Positions 43,296 through 53,189 are shown, numbered from the stretch's first letter. The stretch is 64,000 bases of DNA from Aquabacterium sp. (GCF_041909175.1 NZ_JAYRDZ010000005.1:60417-124416); one strand, 5' to 3'. Numbers and translations are program-made. The notes: generated by a model from the sequence alone, not told the origin.

Positions 43296-43700
43296 TCAGC
43301 CCAGGGTGGTGAGCACAAGGCCTAAGGTGGCGGGCAGACCTTGAACGAACAGGATCTTGCGACTGGCTGTCGCTGCACCAAAGATCCCGGCTACCAGTAC
43401 ACACACCAGGAAGAAGATCCGGATATGCAGGCCGGTGTCACCCAGTACCACGCCCCACAGCAAACCTGCGGCTAGAAAGCCGTTGTAGAGCCCCTGATTT
43501 GCTGCCATCACCTTGGTGGATTCGGCTTGCTCTGCGGATAAGCCGAAGGCCTTGCGACCTGCGGGTTTGGTCCACAGGAACATTTCCAAGGCTAAAAAGT
43601 AGATGTGGAGAAAGGCGACCAGAGTGGTCACGATGAGGCCAGCAACATGCACGGAGGGGCTCCTGATTTGGATGGTGTGGAATTTACCGGCATCGGTCAT
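43296..43700 (-). CDS. DUF1304 family membrane protein
   Basis: HIYFLALEMFLW and ANQGLYNGFLAAGL; start uncertain. Confidence 0.85.
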   Translation of the reverse strand: MTDAGKFHTIQIRSPSVHVAGLIVTTLVAFLHIYFLALEMFLWTKPAGRKAFGLSAEQAESTKVMAANQGLYNGFLAAGLLWGVVLGDTGLHIRIFFLVCVLVAGIFGAATASRKILFVQGLPATLGLVLTTLG

Positions 43701-43717
43701 TTGTTGTCCATAATAGG

Positions 43718-43734
43718 ATACCCGCCCTAGGTAT
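43718..43734. promoter_or_regulatory. CsoR/RcnR/FrmR-family operator
   Basis: ATAC-CCGCCCTAG-GTAT: inverted half-sites around a C-tract, 14 nt upstream of the repressor gene. Confidence 0.7.
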
Positions 43735-43748
43735 ATATCTGAACAGTC

Positions 43749-44027
43749 ATGGCGCACACGATTCAATCCAAAGAGAAATTGATGGGCCGTGTCAAGCGCA
43801 TCCGCGGTCAAGTCGAAGCACTGGAGCGCGCCTTGGCTGCCGAAAAAGGTTGCGCCGATGTGCTGCACCAGATTGCAGCCATTCGTGGCGCAATGAACGG
43901 CCTGATGAACGAGGTCCTGGAAGGCCATGTACGTGAGCATGTGGCCTCGGCCGACATCACTGACCCGGCTGAGCGCGAGCAGGGTGCACAAGAGCTGATT
44001 GATGTCCTGCGAGCCTATCTGAAGTGA
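43749..44027 (+). CDS. Metal/formaldehyde-sensing repressor (RcnR/FrmR family, DmeR-like)
   Basis: RVKRIRGQVEALER, C..VL.QIAA.RGA.NGL and LEGH..EH. Confidence 0.92.
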   Translation: MAHTIQSKEKLMGRVKRIRGQVEALERALAAEKGCADVLHQIAAIRGAMNGLMNEVLEGHVREHVASADITDPAEREQGAQELIDVLRAYLK

Positions 44028-44998
44028 GTTTGACCATGCATACCGATGACCTGTCCCGACTGACCCACGACCACGTGTTTGACGAGAGCAATGCTGCGGC
44101 AGAACGTGGCACGCGCCTGGTCATGTGGATCACCCTGGCCATGATGGTGGTGGAAATCGCCGCCGGCTGGTGGTTCAACTCCATGGCCTTGCTGGCCGAT
44201 GGCTGGCACATGAGCTCGCATGCCGTGGCCATCGGCCTGTCGGCACTGGCCTACGGCGCCGCGCGGCGTTATGCCACTGACCCCCGGTTTGCTTTCGGAA
44301 CCTGGAAGATCGAGGTGCTGGGAGGCTTTGCCAGTGCCATTTTCTTGCTGGGTGTGGCTGCCTTGATGCTGTTTGGTTCAGTCGAACGCATCGTGTCGCC
44401 GCAGCCCATTCAGTATCGGCAGGCGATCGAGATTGCCGTGCTCGGTCTGGTAGTCAACATCGTTTGTGCGTTGATTCTTGGCAAGGCACACCACCATGAT
44501 CACGGGCATGCACACGGGCACGACCATGGTCATGGGCATCATCATCACGATGACCATCATCATGATCTGAACCTGAAGTCAGCCTATGTGCATGTCATTG
44601 CAGACGCCGCGACCTCGGTACTGGCCATCGTGGCCTTGTTTGGTGGCTGGCTCTACGGCTGGTCCTGGCTGGACCCGGTCATGGGCATCGTCGGCGCCAT
44701 CCTGGTGGCGGTGTGGGCCAAGGGGTTGATCGTTGACACCGGCAAGGTGCTGCTCGACCGGGAAATGGATCACCCTGTGGTCGACGAAATCCGCGAGGTG
44801 GTCGAAGCTGACAGCGAGGCCGGGCAGACGCACATTGCCGACCTGCACGTCTGGCGGGTGGGCAAGCAGGTTTACTCCTGCGCGCTCACCGTGCTCACCA
44901 CCGACCCGAGCCTCACGCCAGACATGGTGCGCGAGCGCTTGTCCGTGCATGAGGAAATCGTGCACTCCACCATCGAAGTGCACCACCGTTCAGCTTAG
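44024..44998 (+). CDS. dmeF: CDF Co(II)/Ni(II) efflux transporter
   Basis: SMALLADGWHMSSH, His-rich loop, NLKSAYVHVIADA and DLHVWRVG. Confidence 0.9.
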   Translation: MSLTMHTDDLSRLTHDHVFDESNAAAERGTRLVMWITLAMMVVEIAAGWWFNSMALLADGWHMSSHAVAIGLSALAYGAARRYATDPRFAFGTWKIEVLGGFASAIFLLGVAALMLFGSVERIVSPQPIQYRQAIEIAVLGLVVNIVCALILGKAHHHDHGHAHGHDHGHGHHHHDDHHHDLNLKSAYVHVIADAATSVLAIVALFGGWLYGWSWLDPVMGIVGAILVAVWAKGLIVDTGKVLLDREMDHPVVDEIREVVEADSEAGQTHIADLHVWRVGKQVYSCALTVLTTDPSLTPDMVRERLSVHEEIVHSTIEVHHRSA

Positions 44999-45936
44999 CT
45001 TTGCGCCTCGATCCGGTTGCGGCCATTCCGTTTGGCGGCATAGAGGTTCTCGTCCACGGCATGCACAAAATCAGCCATGCGGTCGCCAGCCTTGGGAATG
45101 ATGGTGCCGACCCCGATGCTCAAGGTCACGCGCGGTCCGATGGGTGACTGCTCGTGGGCAATCCCGCCCTTGAGTTCCATCAGACGCTGGCAGCGCTCGG
45201 CCACCTTCAGGGCGCCGGCTGCATCGGTCTCGGGCAGCACCAGCACAAATTCCTCACCGCCGTAACGGGCCACCAGATCGCGCGGACCGACCACCGCCAG
45301 CTTCAAGGCCTGTGCAATGTCGGTCAGGCACTGGTCGCCTTGCAGGTGACCATACAGGTCGTTGTACTGCTTGAAGAAGTCCACATCGATCAGCGCCACC
45401 GACAGCGGCAAACCTGTTTTCTGCGCATTGCCCCACTCGCGTTCCAGTGTGGTGTCAAACAGGCGGCGGTTGGCAATACCCGTGAGCCCGTCCTTGAAGG
45501 ACAGTGCTTCCAGTTCCTTTTGAAGGGCGAGCAGTTTTTCTTCGGTTTTCTTGCGTTCGCTGATGTCGAACATGAAGCCGATCAGGGCTTCGGCCTCGCC
45601 CTTGCTGTTACGCACGACGTGCACCACATCGCGGATCCAGACGTAGCCGTTGTCCTTGGTCAGGGCGCGATAGTCCGCCTCATGGTCGACGCCAGCTTGG
45701 GACTGAGAGATACAGAAGTTGACAACGTAGTCCCGGTCCTCTGGGTGAATGCGAGAAGCCCAGTCATCAGCCGACACCCAACTGTCCTGGCTCCAGCCAA
45801 GCAGCGGTTCGATCTGCGGCCCGATGTAGGCAAAGGTCATGGTCGACCAGTCAATCTTCCAGGGGATGGCCTTGGTGGATTCGAGCAGCGTTTTGTAGAC
45901 GGCGCTGTCGCTGCGCAAGTCGTGGTCATCAGACAT
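44995..45936 (-). CDS. PAS-GGDEF diguanylate cyclase
   Basis: RIHPEDR PAS, DGLTGIANRR, DFFKQYND.YGH and ARYGGEEF. Confidence 0.95.
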   Translation of the reverse strand: MSDDHDLRSDSAVYKTLLESTKAIPWKIDWSTMTFAYIGPQIEPLLGWSQDSWVSADDWASRIHPEDRDYVVNFCISQSQAGVDHEADYRALTKDNGYVWIRDVVHVVRNSKGEAEALIGFMFDISERKKTEEKLLALQKELEALSFKDGLTGIANRRLFDTTLEREWGNAQKTGLPLSVALIDVDFFKQYNDLYGHLQGDQCLTDIAQALKLAVVGPRDLVARYGGEEFVLVLPETDAAGALKVAERCQRLMELKGGIAHEQSPIGPRVTLSIGVGTIIPKAGDRMADFVHAVDENLYAAKRNGRNRIEAQS

Positions 45937-45974
45937 GTCTTACTTCCTTGATGGTCTGTCGGGGTGATGCGTAA

Positions 45975-46781
45975 TCAGACGATGGCGGGTGGTTGCCCAT
46001 GGAGGGTATCCATGGCGTTCCAGTACCAGTAGAAATAGCCGTGGTTCTTTTGAAGCAGCGTGTGGGTAACGATGCTGTTCTGGTGGATGTCACCCCAGCA
46101 GGCCCGTGCCGAGTTGCGGTTGTTGTGCAGGTCGATGCATTCGGCATCTGGCAGGGCTGGCTTGGGTGGGATGTAGAGTGCGCACCCTTGCGGCACCCAC
46201 AGGTCAGCCAGTCGGATCTTGCCCAGCTTGGGCCAGTAGCGGCCAACCGAGATCACCAAGGGCTTGGTCGGGTCGGTGGATGCGAAAACGTGCGGGAAGT
46301 CGTGGTGCTCCAGATCGGTGCACACCACGCTCAGCAGGTTGTTGCCCGTGCCCTGATACGGCGACCAATGCCCAGCAAAGACGCCGTATTCGTATTCGAT
46401 CTGCTGCAACTCGGTCACGGGGCTGCTGATCTTCACGGCCTGACCGGGCTTGACCAGCGTGATGCCAAACGCGGCGGCAATGGCCGGCGTGGCCCACAAC
46501 GGTTCAAACTGCACCTCTTTGGCGGCGAACCCCAGTTGGGTTTCCGTGCCATAGGGGGGCGTGGGCTTGATACCCAGTACCTCGGCCACGATGTGCTCAT
46601 GCCCCATGGCCATGGCAGGGTCGGTGGCCGCAGGCGTCAGCACGGTGGCTTTGGGCGGTGCGTTCTTGCGGTAAACCGGCTCGCCCCCTTTGTTGAAGAG
46701 CCAGGGCGTGGCGGCCGTGTCGACCGTGATCTGTTGGACTTCCTTGATGAACAAGGGGGCTGCAAGTTTGTTGTTGGACAT
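45975..46781 (-). CDS. Hypothetical protein, possibly cupin/ureidoglycolate-lyase-like
   Basis: ORF with coding-like bias; LEHHDFPHVF and LWVPQGCALYIP resemble cupin strands. Confidence 0.55.
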   Translation of the reverse strand: MSNNKLAAPLFIKEVQQITVDTAATPWLFNKGGEPVYRKNAPPKATVLTPAATDPAMAMGHEHIVAEVLGIKPTPPYGTETQLGFAAKEVQFEPLWATPAIAAAFGITLVKPGQAVKISSPVTELQQIEYEYGVFAGHWSPYQGTGNNLLSVVCTDLEHHDFPHVFASTDPTKPLVISVGRYWPKLGKIRLADLWVPQGCALYIPPKPALPDAECIDLHNNRNSARACWGDIHQNSIVTHTLLQKNHGYFYWYWNAMDTLHGQPPAIV

Positions 46782-46947
46782 GGCGTACTTGTACGAATGG
46801 ATGGCGCCATGGAAAACGCCTGCGATACAGATCGAAACAGTTTGCCTGAAAGCGAGAAGCAGGCCAGTTTTTGGGTGCTTGATGTCCGCATTACCCGTGT
46901 CCAACAAAGAACAGACTCTGGTATTCGGCTGGGAATTCGGAGAAAAG

Positions 46948-48033
46948 ATGTACGCCAAACTCACCATCAAGCAGCGGCTTGCGATCTACCTGGGCCTCAG
47001 CGTGGCCCTGCAGTGCTGGGTCATCGTGTCTACCTTGAAAGGGTGGGCGAGCGGCACCATCATCACGGGTTCACTGTTGCTGGGTGGGCTCATCACATTT
47101 CTTTACCTGGATGGGGCTCGCGCCACAGCCCGTTTTTTGATGGACCTGGTCGGCGGCGCAGATCGCATGAGCCAGGGCGACTTGCGTGTTGACATGCCGG
47201 CCGGCTTGAACGCCACGGCGCAACAAGGCATGCAGGTGATGCAGCGTTTGCAGACCCGCCTGCGCGAGGTGCTGAGCACCCTGCGCGACGGCGCCGAGCA
47301 AGTGAACACCGCAGCCAGCGAAATCGCCGCAGGCAACCTGGACTTGAGCCAGCGCACCGAGCAGGGCAGTGCTGAGCTTCAAGCCGCAGCCAACTCCATG
47401 CGCAACATGACCGATGCCGCGCGCCAGAGCAGTGCGGCTATGAGCGAGGCCAGTTCCCTGGCAGAGAGCACCAGCTCTGATGCGCGCGCCAGTGGCGAAG
47501 TGATGCGCCGTACCGTGGCTGCGATGTCGGGTGTCAGCGACAGCAGCCGCAAGATTGGCGACATCATTGGCGTGATCGATGGCATCGCTTTCCAGACCAA
47601 CATCCTGGCGCTGAATGCTGCGGTGGAAGCCGCGCGTGCCGGTGAGCAGGGCCGAGGCTTTGCCGTGGTGGCGTCCGAGGTGCGCAATCTGGCGCAACGC
47701 TCAGCCGAGGCTGCCCGAGAAATCAAGACCCTCATCACGGCATCGGTTGAGCAAGTGGATGCGGGGGCGAGTCTGGTGGCTGATGCCGGCACACGGCTCA
47801 ATGACGTCGTGCAAAGCGTGGAGCGGGTGGCAGCACTGATTGGCAACGCGACCCACATGGCTCGCGCCCAAACCGAAGGCATGCAGGTGATCGCCGACTC
47901 GGTAGACCGCCTGGACCAGTCCATGCAGCAAAACGCGGCGCTGGTGGAGCAGGGCGCTGCCGCCGCAGAAAGCCTCAAGACGCAGGCCCACACCCTCAAT
48001 CAGATCGCTGCAGGTTTCAAGCTTCAGGGCTGA
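46948..48033 (+). CDS. Methyl-accepting chemotaxis protein
   Basis: IAFQTNILALNAAVEAARAGEQGRGFAVVASEVR hairpin; two N-terminal TM segments. Confidence 0.95.
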   Translation: MYAKLTIKQRLAIYLGLSVALQCWVIVSTLKGWASGTIITGSLLLGGLITFLYLDGARATARFLMDLVGGADRMSQGDLRVDMPAGLNATAQQGMQVMQRLQTRLREVLSTLRDGAEQVNTAASEIAAGNLDLSQRTEQGSAELQAAANSMRNMTDAARQSSAAMSEASSLAESTSSDARASGEVMRRTVAAMSGVSDSSRKIGDIIGVIDGIAFQTNILALNAAVEAARAGEQGRGFAVVASEVRNLAQRSAEAAREIKTLITASVEQVDAGASLVADAGTRLNDVVQSVERVAALIGNATHMARAQTEGMQVIADSVDRLDQSMQQNAALVEQGAAAAESLKTQAHTLNQIAAGFKLQG

Positions 48034-48227
48034 TCAGCCTCGGGGTGCCGGGCTCGCCATGCCCGCAGGGCCTGACGGTACTCGTCCATGGCCATGTCGT
48101 GGCGGTCGAAAATGCACGGATCGCAGCCGTTGCCGCAGCAGTCGTTGATGTCTGGGGCCTCGGGCGGCTGGGGCATCGGGTCCAGCGGGTCTTGTTCTGG
48201 GGGCACGGTCCGGGTGGTCATGGGCAT
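48024..48227 (-). CDS. Small oxidoreductase-like-domain protein
   Basis: P.PP..P..DCCGNGCDPCIFD motif. Confidence 0.8.
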   Translation of the reverse strand: MPMTTRTVPPEQDPLDPMPQPPEAPDINDCCGNGCDPCIFDRHDMAMDEYRQALRAWRARHPEADQP

Positions 48228-48352
48228 GATTTTCTCGCACCTGTCATGACCTGATCTGCCATGGGGTATCCGAAGTGCATCAGTCGCCCATCGCACCGTG
48301 GTGCGGCGGGCTCTGTCAGACTGACGGCCAGCATGGACATGGGGCCGGTGAC

Positions 48353-48907
48353 ATGACATTGGTGCGGACAAGCCAGACACACCCTCTGCAGATTGCCGAG
48401 GTGCAGGCCAGCCCTGCGCACGGGCGCATCGGCATCACGTTTTGCCCCGGCAAGCACGACCACGGGGCGGTTACTGGTGCCTGGGCACGTGACCTGGCTG
48501 TGGACCTGGATGCCATTGCGGCGTGGGGCGCGAAGCTCGTGCTCACGCTGGTTGAATCGCACGAACTGCAGATGCTGAAGGTGCCGCAACTGGGCCGTGC
48601 CGTGCAGGATCGTGGCATGAGCTGGGTGCACCTGCCCATTGCCGATTACTCGGTGCCGACCGAACTGTTTGAGCAGGACTGGCTCACGCATGGCCGAGAG
48701 ATCCGCGCGCTGCTGCGCCATGGGCACGATGTGCTGGTGCACTGCAAGGGCGGGCTGGGGCGCGCCGGCATGATGGCTGCACGCTTGCTGGTCGAGCTGG
48801 GGGTGGCGCCGGACGAGGCCATTCGCACGGTGCGCAAGGCACGCAAGGGCGCCATTGAAACCCCTTCGCAGCTGGCGGTGGTGCGGCAGGCGCAGCCTCT
48901 GCCTTGA
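48353..48907 (+). CDS. Cys-based protein tyrosine/dual-specificity phosphatase (CDKN3-like)
   Basis: GITFCPGK, RDLAVDL, HLPIAD and the CX5R motif HCKGGLGRAG. Confidence 0.92.
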   Translation: MTLVRTSQTHPLQIAEVQASPAHGRIGITFCPGKHDHGAVTGAWARDLAVDLDAIAAWGAKLVLTLVESHELQMLKVPQLGRAVQDRGMSWVHLPIADYSVPTELFEQDWLTHGREIRALLRHGHDVLVHCKGGLGRAGMMAARLLVELGVAPDEAIRTVRKARKGAIETPSQLAVVRQAQPLP

Positions 48908-48916
48908 GCGCGTGTC

Positions 48917-49624
48917 ATGTCGTCTTCCAGCCAGGTGATCGACACGGCGACGCTGTGCCGCGTGAGCGGGCAGTTGGGCAGCAACCCCGGTGGCCTCTAT
49001 GAAGATGCGCAGGGCGCGCGGTATTACGTCAAGCAGCTTGAATCGGTGGCGCATGCGCGCAATGAACGGCTGGCTGCCGCCCTGTACCAATTGGCCGGTG
49101 CACCGACGCTGCACTATGTGGACACGGTGGCGCCTGATCAGGTGGCGACCGCGTGGCAGCCTTTGGACAAACGGCTGGTGGCGCAACTCGACGAGGCTGA
49201 ACGCCGACAGGCCCAGCACTGGCTGGCGGTGCATGCGTGGACGGCCAACTGGGATGCCGCCGGCTTCGGTGGTGACAACCAGGGCGTCGCCGCGGGGCAG
49301 GTGCTGACGCTCGACGTGGGTGGCGCGCTGGCGTTTCGTGCACATGGTGACCCCAAAGGCGCGGCGTTTGGCAATGTGGTGAACGAAATCGACACCCTGC
49401 GGCACGACCGCGATAACCCCCATGCGGTCAGACTGTTTGGCGACATGAGCGACGCCGAGGTACGGCAGGCCGTGGAGGTGCTGGCCGGCATTCCGGATGA
49501 GGCCATTCGCCAGACGGTGCAGCGCCACGGGGGTAGCGCGGCCTTGGCGGAGAAGATGGTGGCGCGCAAGGCGGATCTGGTGAGGCGGTTTGTACCGGAA
49601 CTGGCTGCAGGAGGTAGTTCCTGA
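48917..49624 (+). CDS. Atypical kinase, HipA/PI3K-like fold
   Basis: GQLGSNPGG loop, YYVK, NE helix, NWD..(6)..DN catalytic segment and LDVGGAL. Confidence 0.68.
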   Translation: MSSSSQVIDTATLCRVSGQLGSNPGGLYEDAQGARYYVKQLESVAHARNERLAAALYQLAGAPTLHYVDTVAPDQVATAWQPLDKRLVAQLDEAERRQAQHWLAVHAWTANWDAAGFGGDNQGVAAGQVLTLDVGGALAFRAHGDPKGAAFGNVVNEIDTLRHDRDNPHAVRLFGDMSDAEVRQAVEVLAGIPDEAIRQTVQRHGGSAALAEKMVARKADLVRRFVPELAAGGSS

Positions 49625-50041
49625 GTACATGGACCCCATGCTGGTGATGCGATCGATGGCTGGTTCAGGCTGATCTGAGACATTCAAGTGCGGTGTCTGG
49701 ACGGCGGTGGCCGCCAACAGCGGTCATCGAGATACGCCGGCCTCAACCGACCGCGTTTTGCACCTGGCACCAGTCGCTTGACGGCACCCCAACCAGCGAG
49801 CCGGGTTGAACGGCTGCTCCCGCGTAGAGAGACTGACTCAAAGCGACCCATTGCTGCCTGGCGGCGCACCCTGGAACGCAAGGACCTTGGGGCGTTGTTG
49901 GCCAACTGGTCGGTGGGGGGCGCGGCCAAACACCTTGATGCTACGTGCCTTGTCTGAGCGCTTTATGGCGTGTGACACTTCCAAGAATCTTGCTCTTCCG
50001 ACCCGAGCACAACGATCGCTTATTCCTACAGAACCAACCGG

Positions 50042-51223
50042 ATGTCACACCACCATCGCCAAGAACTCCACCCCGATGTGCTCAAGCTCGGTGTGGTGAG
50101 CTTCCTGACCGATGTCAGTTCCGAGATGATCTTCGCGGTGTTCGCCGTCTTCTTCACAACGGTGGCCGGTGCGTCCAGTGCGTTGCTGGGGTTGATCGAG
50201 GGACTGGCGGACTTCTCTGCCTCATCGCTGAACTACCTCGCCGGCTGGCTGTCGGATCGCAGCGGTCGGCGCAAGTGGTTCGCTGTCGCAGGCTACGCCT
50301 TCTCCACGCTGGCAAAGCTCATCCTGCTGGTGTCGTCGTCTATCGTTGCACTCAGCATCTTTCGTGTCATTGAGCGTTTGGGCAAGGGCTTTCGCGGTCC
50401 GCCCCGCGATGCATGGCTGGCATCCCTTTCAGACAAAGAGTCACGGGGCTTTGCATTCGGCGTGCACAAGGCTCTCGACAAGACAGGCGCAGTGATCGGA
50501 CCGCTCGTGGCTTATGCGCTGTTGTCCTGCCTGGGGGAGTCGGCCAGCACATACGCTACGCTGTTCCTGGTTGCCTTCGTGCCTGCGTGCATCAGCGTTC
50601 TGGTGCTCACGCGCATCCCTGACCAGCCGGGCGTCGTCCACGAGCGCGAGAGCGTGCGGCGGAATTGGCAGCAACTCACACCGGCCTTCAAGCGCTTCCT
50701 GCTGCCGAGTGCAGTCTTCGCGCTCGCGTACTTCAGCCTTGGCTTCATTCTGCTCAAAGCTCACCTCGTAGGATTTGGCATTACCGAGACAGTGCTGTTG
50801 TATGCGCTGTTCAACACCACCTGCGTCATTGCAGCTCCATGGGTCGGCTGGCTGGGTGACCGTATCGGGCGCACCCGCATCATCTTGCTCGGCTACTCAG
50901 TGTATGCAAGCCTCAACCTATGGCTGGTGTTCGCCAGCAGCCGCTGGGAGGTCGCCGTCATTTTTGCCGTGTACGGCATTTTCTACGCCATCGACGAATC
51001 GCAGAGCAAGGCCTTCATCGCCGACCTCGAGCCAGAGCGCCGCGCCACGGCGGTGGGCGTTTACAACTTTGTCGTTGGCGTGATGTACCTGCCCGCATCC
51101 CTGATCGCAGGGGCCTTGTGGTCCGTCTCACCGAGCGCTGTTTTTGCTGCATCAACGGTACTGTCGGTCGCCGCGATAGGCGCGTTCCTACTGATGCGGC
51201 CTGGGCATGCGCAATCGGCGTGA
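50042..51223 (+). CDS. MFS transporter
   Basis: SFLTDVSSEMI, GWLSDRSGRRK, GKGFRGPPRDA and GWLGDRIGR. Confidence 0.93.
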   Translation: MSHHHRQELHPDVLKLGVVSFLTDVSSEMIFAVFAVFFTTVAGASSALLGLIEGLADFSASSLNYLAGWLSDRSGRRKWFAVAGYAFSTLAKLILLVSSSIVALSIFRVIERLGKGFRGPPRDAWLASLSDKESRGFAFGVHKALDKTGAVIGPLVAYALLSCLGESASTYATLFLVAFVPACISVLVLTRIPDQPGVVHERESVRRNWQQLTPAFKRFLLPSAVFALAYFSLGFILLKAHLVGFGITETVLLYALFNTTCVIAAPWVGWLGDRIGRTRIILLGYSVYASLNLWLVFASSRWEVAVIFAVYGIFYAIDESQSKAFIADLEPERRATAVGVYNFVVGVMYLPASLIAGALWSVSPSAVFAASTVLSVAAIGAFLLMRPGHAQSA

Positions 51224-51404
51224 TGCCCGCGCGGGCGCGACCAATGAAGGCTCACTTACATCAAGTGTCTTTTACGGTAACGGAGCGATGTGGTCGCTCA
51301 ACGACTGCTCTAAGAAACTTGTGTCTGCGACTGCTCTCGGGCGGCGAGGTTGGCTGAGGGGCACCCACACCCGGCCAATTGCGGGCACAGAGCTTAGCAA
51401 CAGA

Positions 51405-52316
51405 CTAGCCGCCCACCTGCGCCTCCGCAATCACACCTGCCAGCCAATCCATCACCACCCGCGCCCGCTGCGACAGATTGCGGCGGTTGGCGTAGAGCAG
51501 GTTCAGCGGCATCGGCGGCGCCAGGAATTGCGGTAGCACCTGCACCAGTGCCCCGCTGCGCAAATGGGCCGATTCAACGACCTGCGGCACCTGGATGATG
51601 CCCAGGCCGGCCAGGCAGGCGGCGGTATAGGCCTCCGAGTTGTTGACCGTCACGGCACCGGCCATCGCAATGCTGCGCACCGTGCCGGCGTCGTCCATGT
51701 ATTCGAACCCGGCCGACTTGTCGCCCAGCGTGCCTACGAAGTGGATCAGGCGATGGCGGGCCAGGTCGGCCAAGGTCTGCGGCATGCCGAAAGCCTGGAT
51801 GTAGGCCGGGCTGGCGCAGTTTAACTGGCGCAGCGTACCGAGCGGCCGGGCGATGAGACTGGTGTCCACCACGCTGCCGGTCCGAAGCACGCAATCAAAT
51901 CCTTCCCGCACCAGATCTACCCGGCGCTCGGTGCTGCTCAACTCCACCTCCAGCAGCGGGTGCACGGCCAGCAATTCGGGCAGGCGGGGGATGACGATAT
52001 CTCGCGCCAGCCCTGTACTCATGTCTATGCGGATGCGTCCGCACAGACCGGCGGCCTCTTGCTGCAGGAACATCGCCTGCAGTTCATCCATATCGGCCAG
52101 CACATCCTTGCTGCGTTCGTAGAACGTCTGGCCGTCTTGCGTCAGCTGCACACGCCGCGTCGTACGGTGCAGCAGGCGGGTGCCGAGCTGGGCTTCGAGC
52201 TGCTGAACGGCAGTCGAGGCGCTGGCCTTGGGCAGGTTCAGGCTCAAAGCGGCTTGGCTGAAGCTAGCCAGTTCGGCCACGCGGTGGAAGATTTGCAAGC
52301 GCTCAAGCTGATCCAT
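51405..52316 (-). CDS. LysR family transcriptional regulator
   Basis: SFSQAA..L..PKASAS..V..LE..LG.RLLHRTTRRVQLT. Confidence 0.96.
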   Translation of the reverse strand: MDQLERLQIFHRVAELASFSQAALSLNLPKASASTAVQQLEAQLGTRLLHRTTRRVQLTQDGQTFYERSKDVLADMDELQAMFLQQEAAGLCGRIRIDMSTGLARDIVIPRLPELLAVHPLLEVELSSTERRVDLVREGFDCVLRTGSVVDTSLIARPLGTLRQLNCASPAYIQAFGMPQTLADLARHRLIHFVGTLGDKSAGFEYMDDAGTVRSIAMAGAVTVNNSEAYTAACLAGLGIIQVPQVVESAHLRSGALVQVLPQFLAPPMPLNLLYANRRNLSQRARVVMDWLAGVIAEAQVGG

Positions 52317-52326
52317 TGGTCGAATG

Positions 52327-52346
52327 TTGAATAACAGTTAATTCAA
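52327..52346. promoter_or_regulatory. Inverted repeat in LysR/SDR divergent promoter
   Basis: TTGAAT-AACAGTTA-ATTCAA in an AT-rich intergenic region. Confidence 0.55.
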
Positions 52347-52415
52347 ATTTAGCAACTTTATGTTCATTAAATCAATTAATAAACTTCGATCACTCCAACC
52401 TAAGAGCCATTTCAC

Positions 52416-53183
52416 ATGACTGCAAGCAACACACCCATCGCCCTCATCACCGGTGGCAGCCGCGGCCTTGGCAAGAACACCGCCCTGCACCTGGCCGCCC
52501 AGGGCGGCGACATCATCCTGACCTACCGCAGCGCCAAGGCGGAGGCAGAAGCCACGGTCGCCGCCATACAGGCGAAGGGCCGCCGTGCGGTGGCTTTGCA
52601 GCTAGACACCAGCATCAGCGCCAGCTTCTCGGCGTTCGCCACCAGCGTGCAGCAGGCCTTGCCCGAAACCTTCCAGCGAGACCGTTTTGACCATCTGGTC
52701 AACAACGCTGGGGAAGGTCGTCACGCCAGCATCATGGAGACAACCGAAGCGCAGTTCGACGACCTTGTGAACATGCACCTGAAGGGCGTGTTCTTCCTGA
52801 CCCAGAAGTTGGTGCCCTTGATGAACGACGGCGGCCGCATCGTCAACATCTCCAGCGGCCTGACCCGTTTCGCCCTGCCCGGCTACGGCGCCTATGCCGC
52901 GATGAAGGGGGCGGTGGAAGTACTGAGCCGCTACATGGCCAAGGAGCTGGGCGAACGAGGCATCGCGGTCAACACCATAGCCCCCGGCGCCATCGAGACC
53001 GATTTTGGCGGCGGCGCAGTACGGGACAACGCGCAACTGAACGCCTTTGTCGCCGCACAAACTGCGCTCGGCCGGGTCGGTCTGCCCGACGATATCGGCG
53101 GCGCGATTGCGGCGCTGCTGGCTCCTGGTAGCGGCTGGATCAATGCACAGCGGATAGAGGTGTCAGGCGGGATGTTTGTCTGA
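52416..53183 (+). CDS. Short-chain dehydrogenase/reductase
   Basis: ITGGSRGLG, VNNAG, YAAMK and IEVSGG. Confidence 0.95.
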   Translation: MTASNTPIALITGGSRGLGKNTALHLAAQGGDIILTYRSAKAEAEATVAAIQAKGRRAVALQLDTSISASFSAFATSVQQALPETFQRDRFDHLVNNAGEGRHASIMETTEAQFDDLVNMHLKGVFFLTQKLVPLMNDGGRIVNISSGLTRFALPGYGAYAAMKGAVEVLSRYMAKELGERGIAVNTIAPGAIETDFGGGAVRDNAQLNAFVAAQTALGRVGLPDDIGGAIAALLAPGSGWINAQRIEVSGGMFV

Positions 53184-53189
53184 CCTGAT

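Noticed and set aside
49952-49977. Possible partner Tn7 end (reverse strand TGTCACAC-GCCATAAAGCGCTCAGAC)
   Set aside because: Needs gaps to align with the glmS-proximal site and is followed by CTTCC, not the expected GTTGG duplication
22396-49990. 12-bp exact repeat TTCCAAGAATCT at 22396-22407 and 49979-49990
   Set aside because: No flanking similarity; many 12-mer matches are expected by chance in 64 kb
49625-50041. Short ORFs in the gap after the kinase gene (e.g. 49688-49957)
   Set aside because: No recognisable motif or clear coding bias; may be a gene remnant
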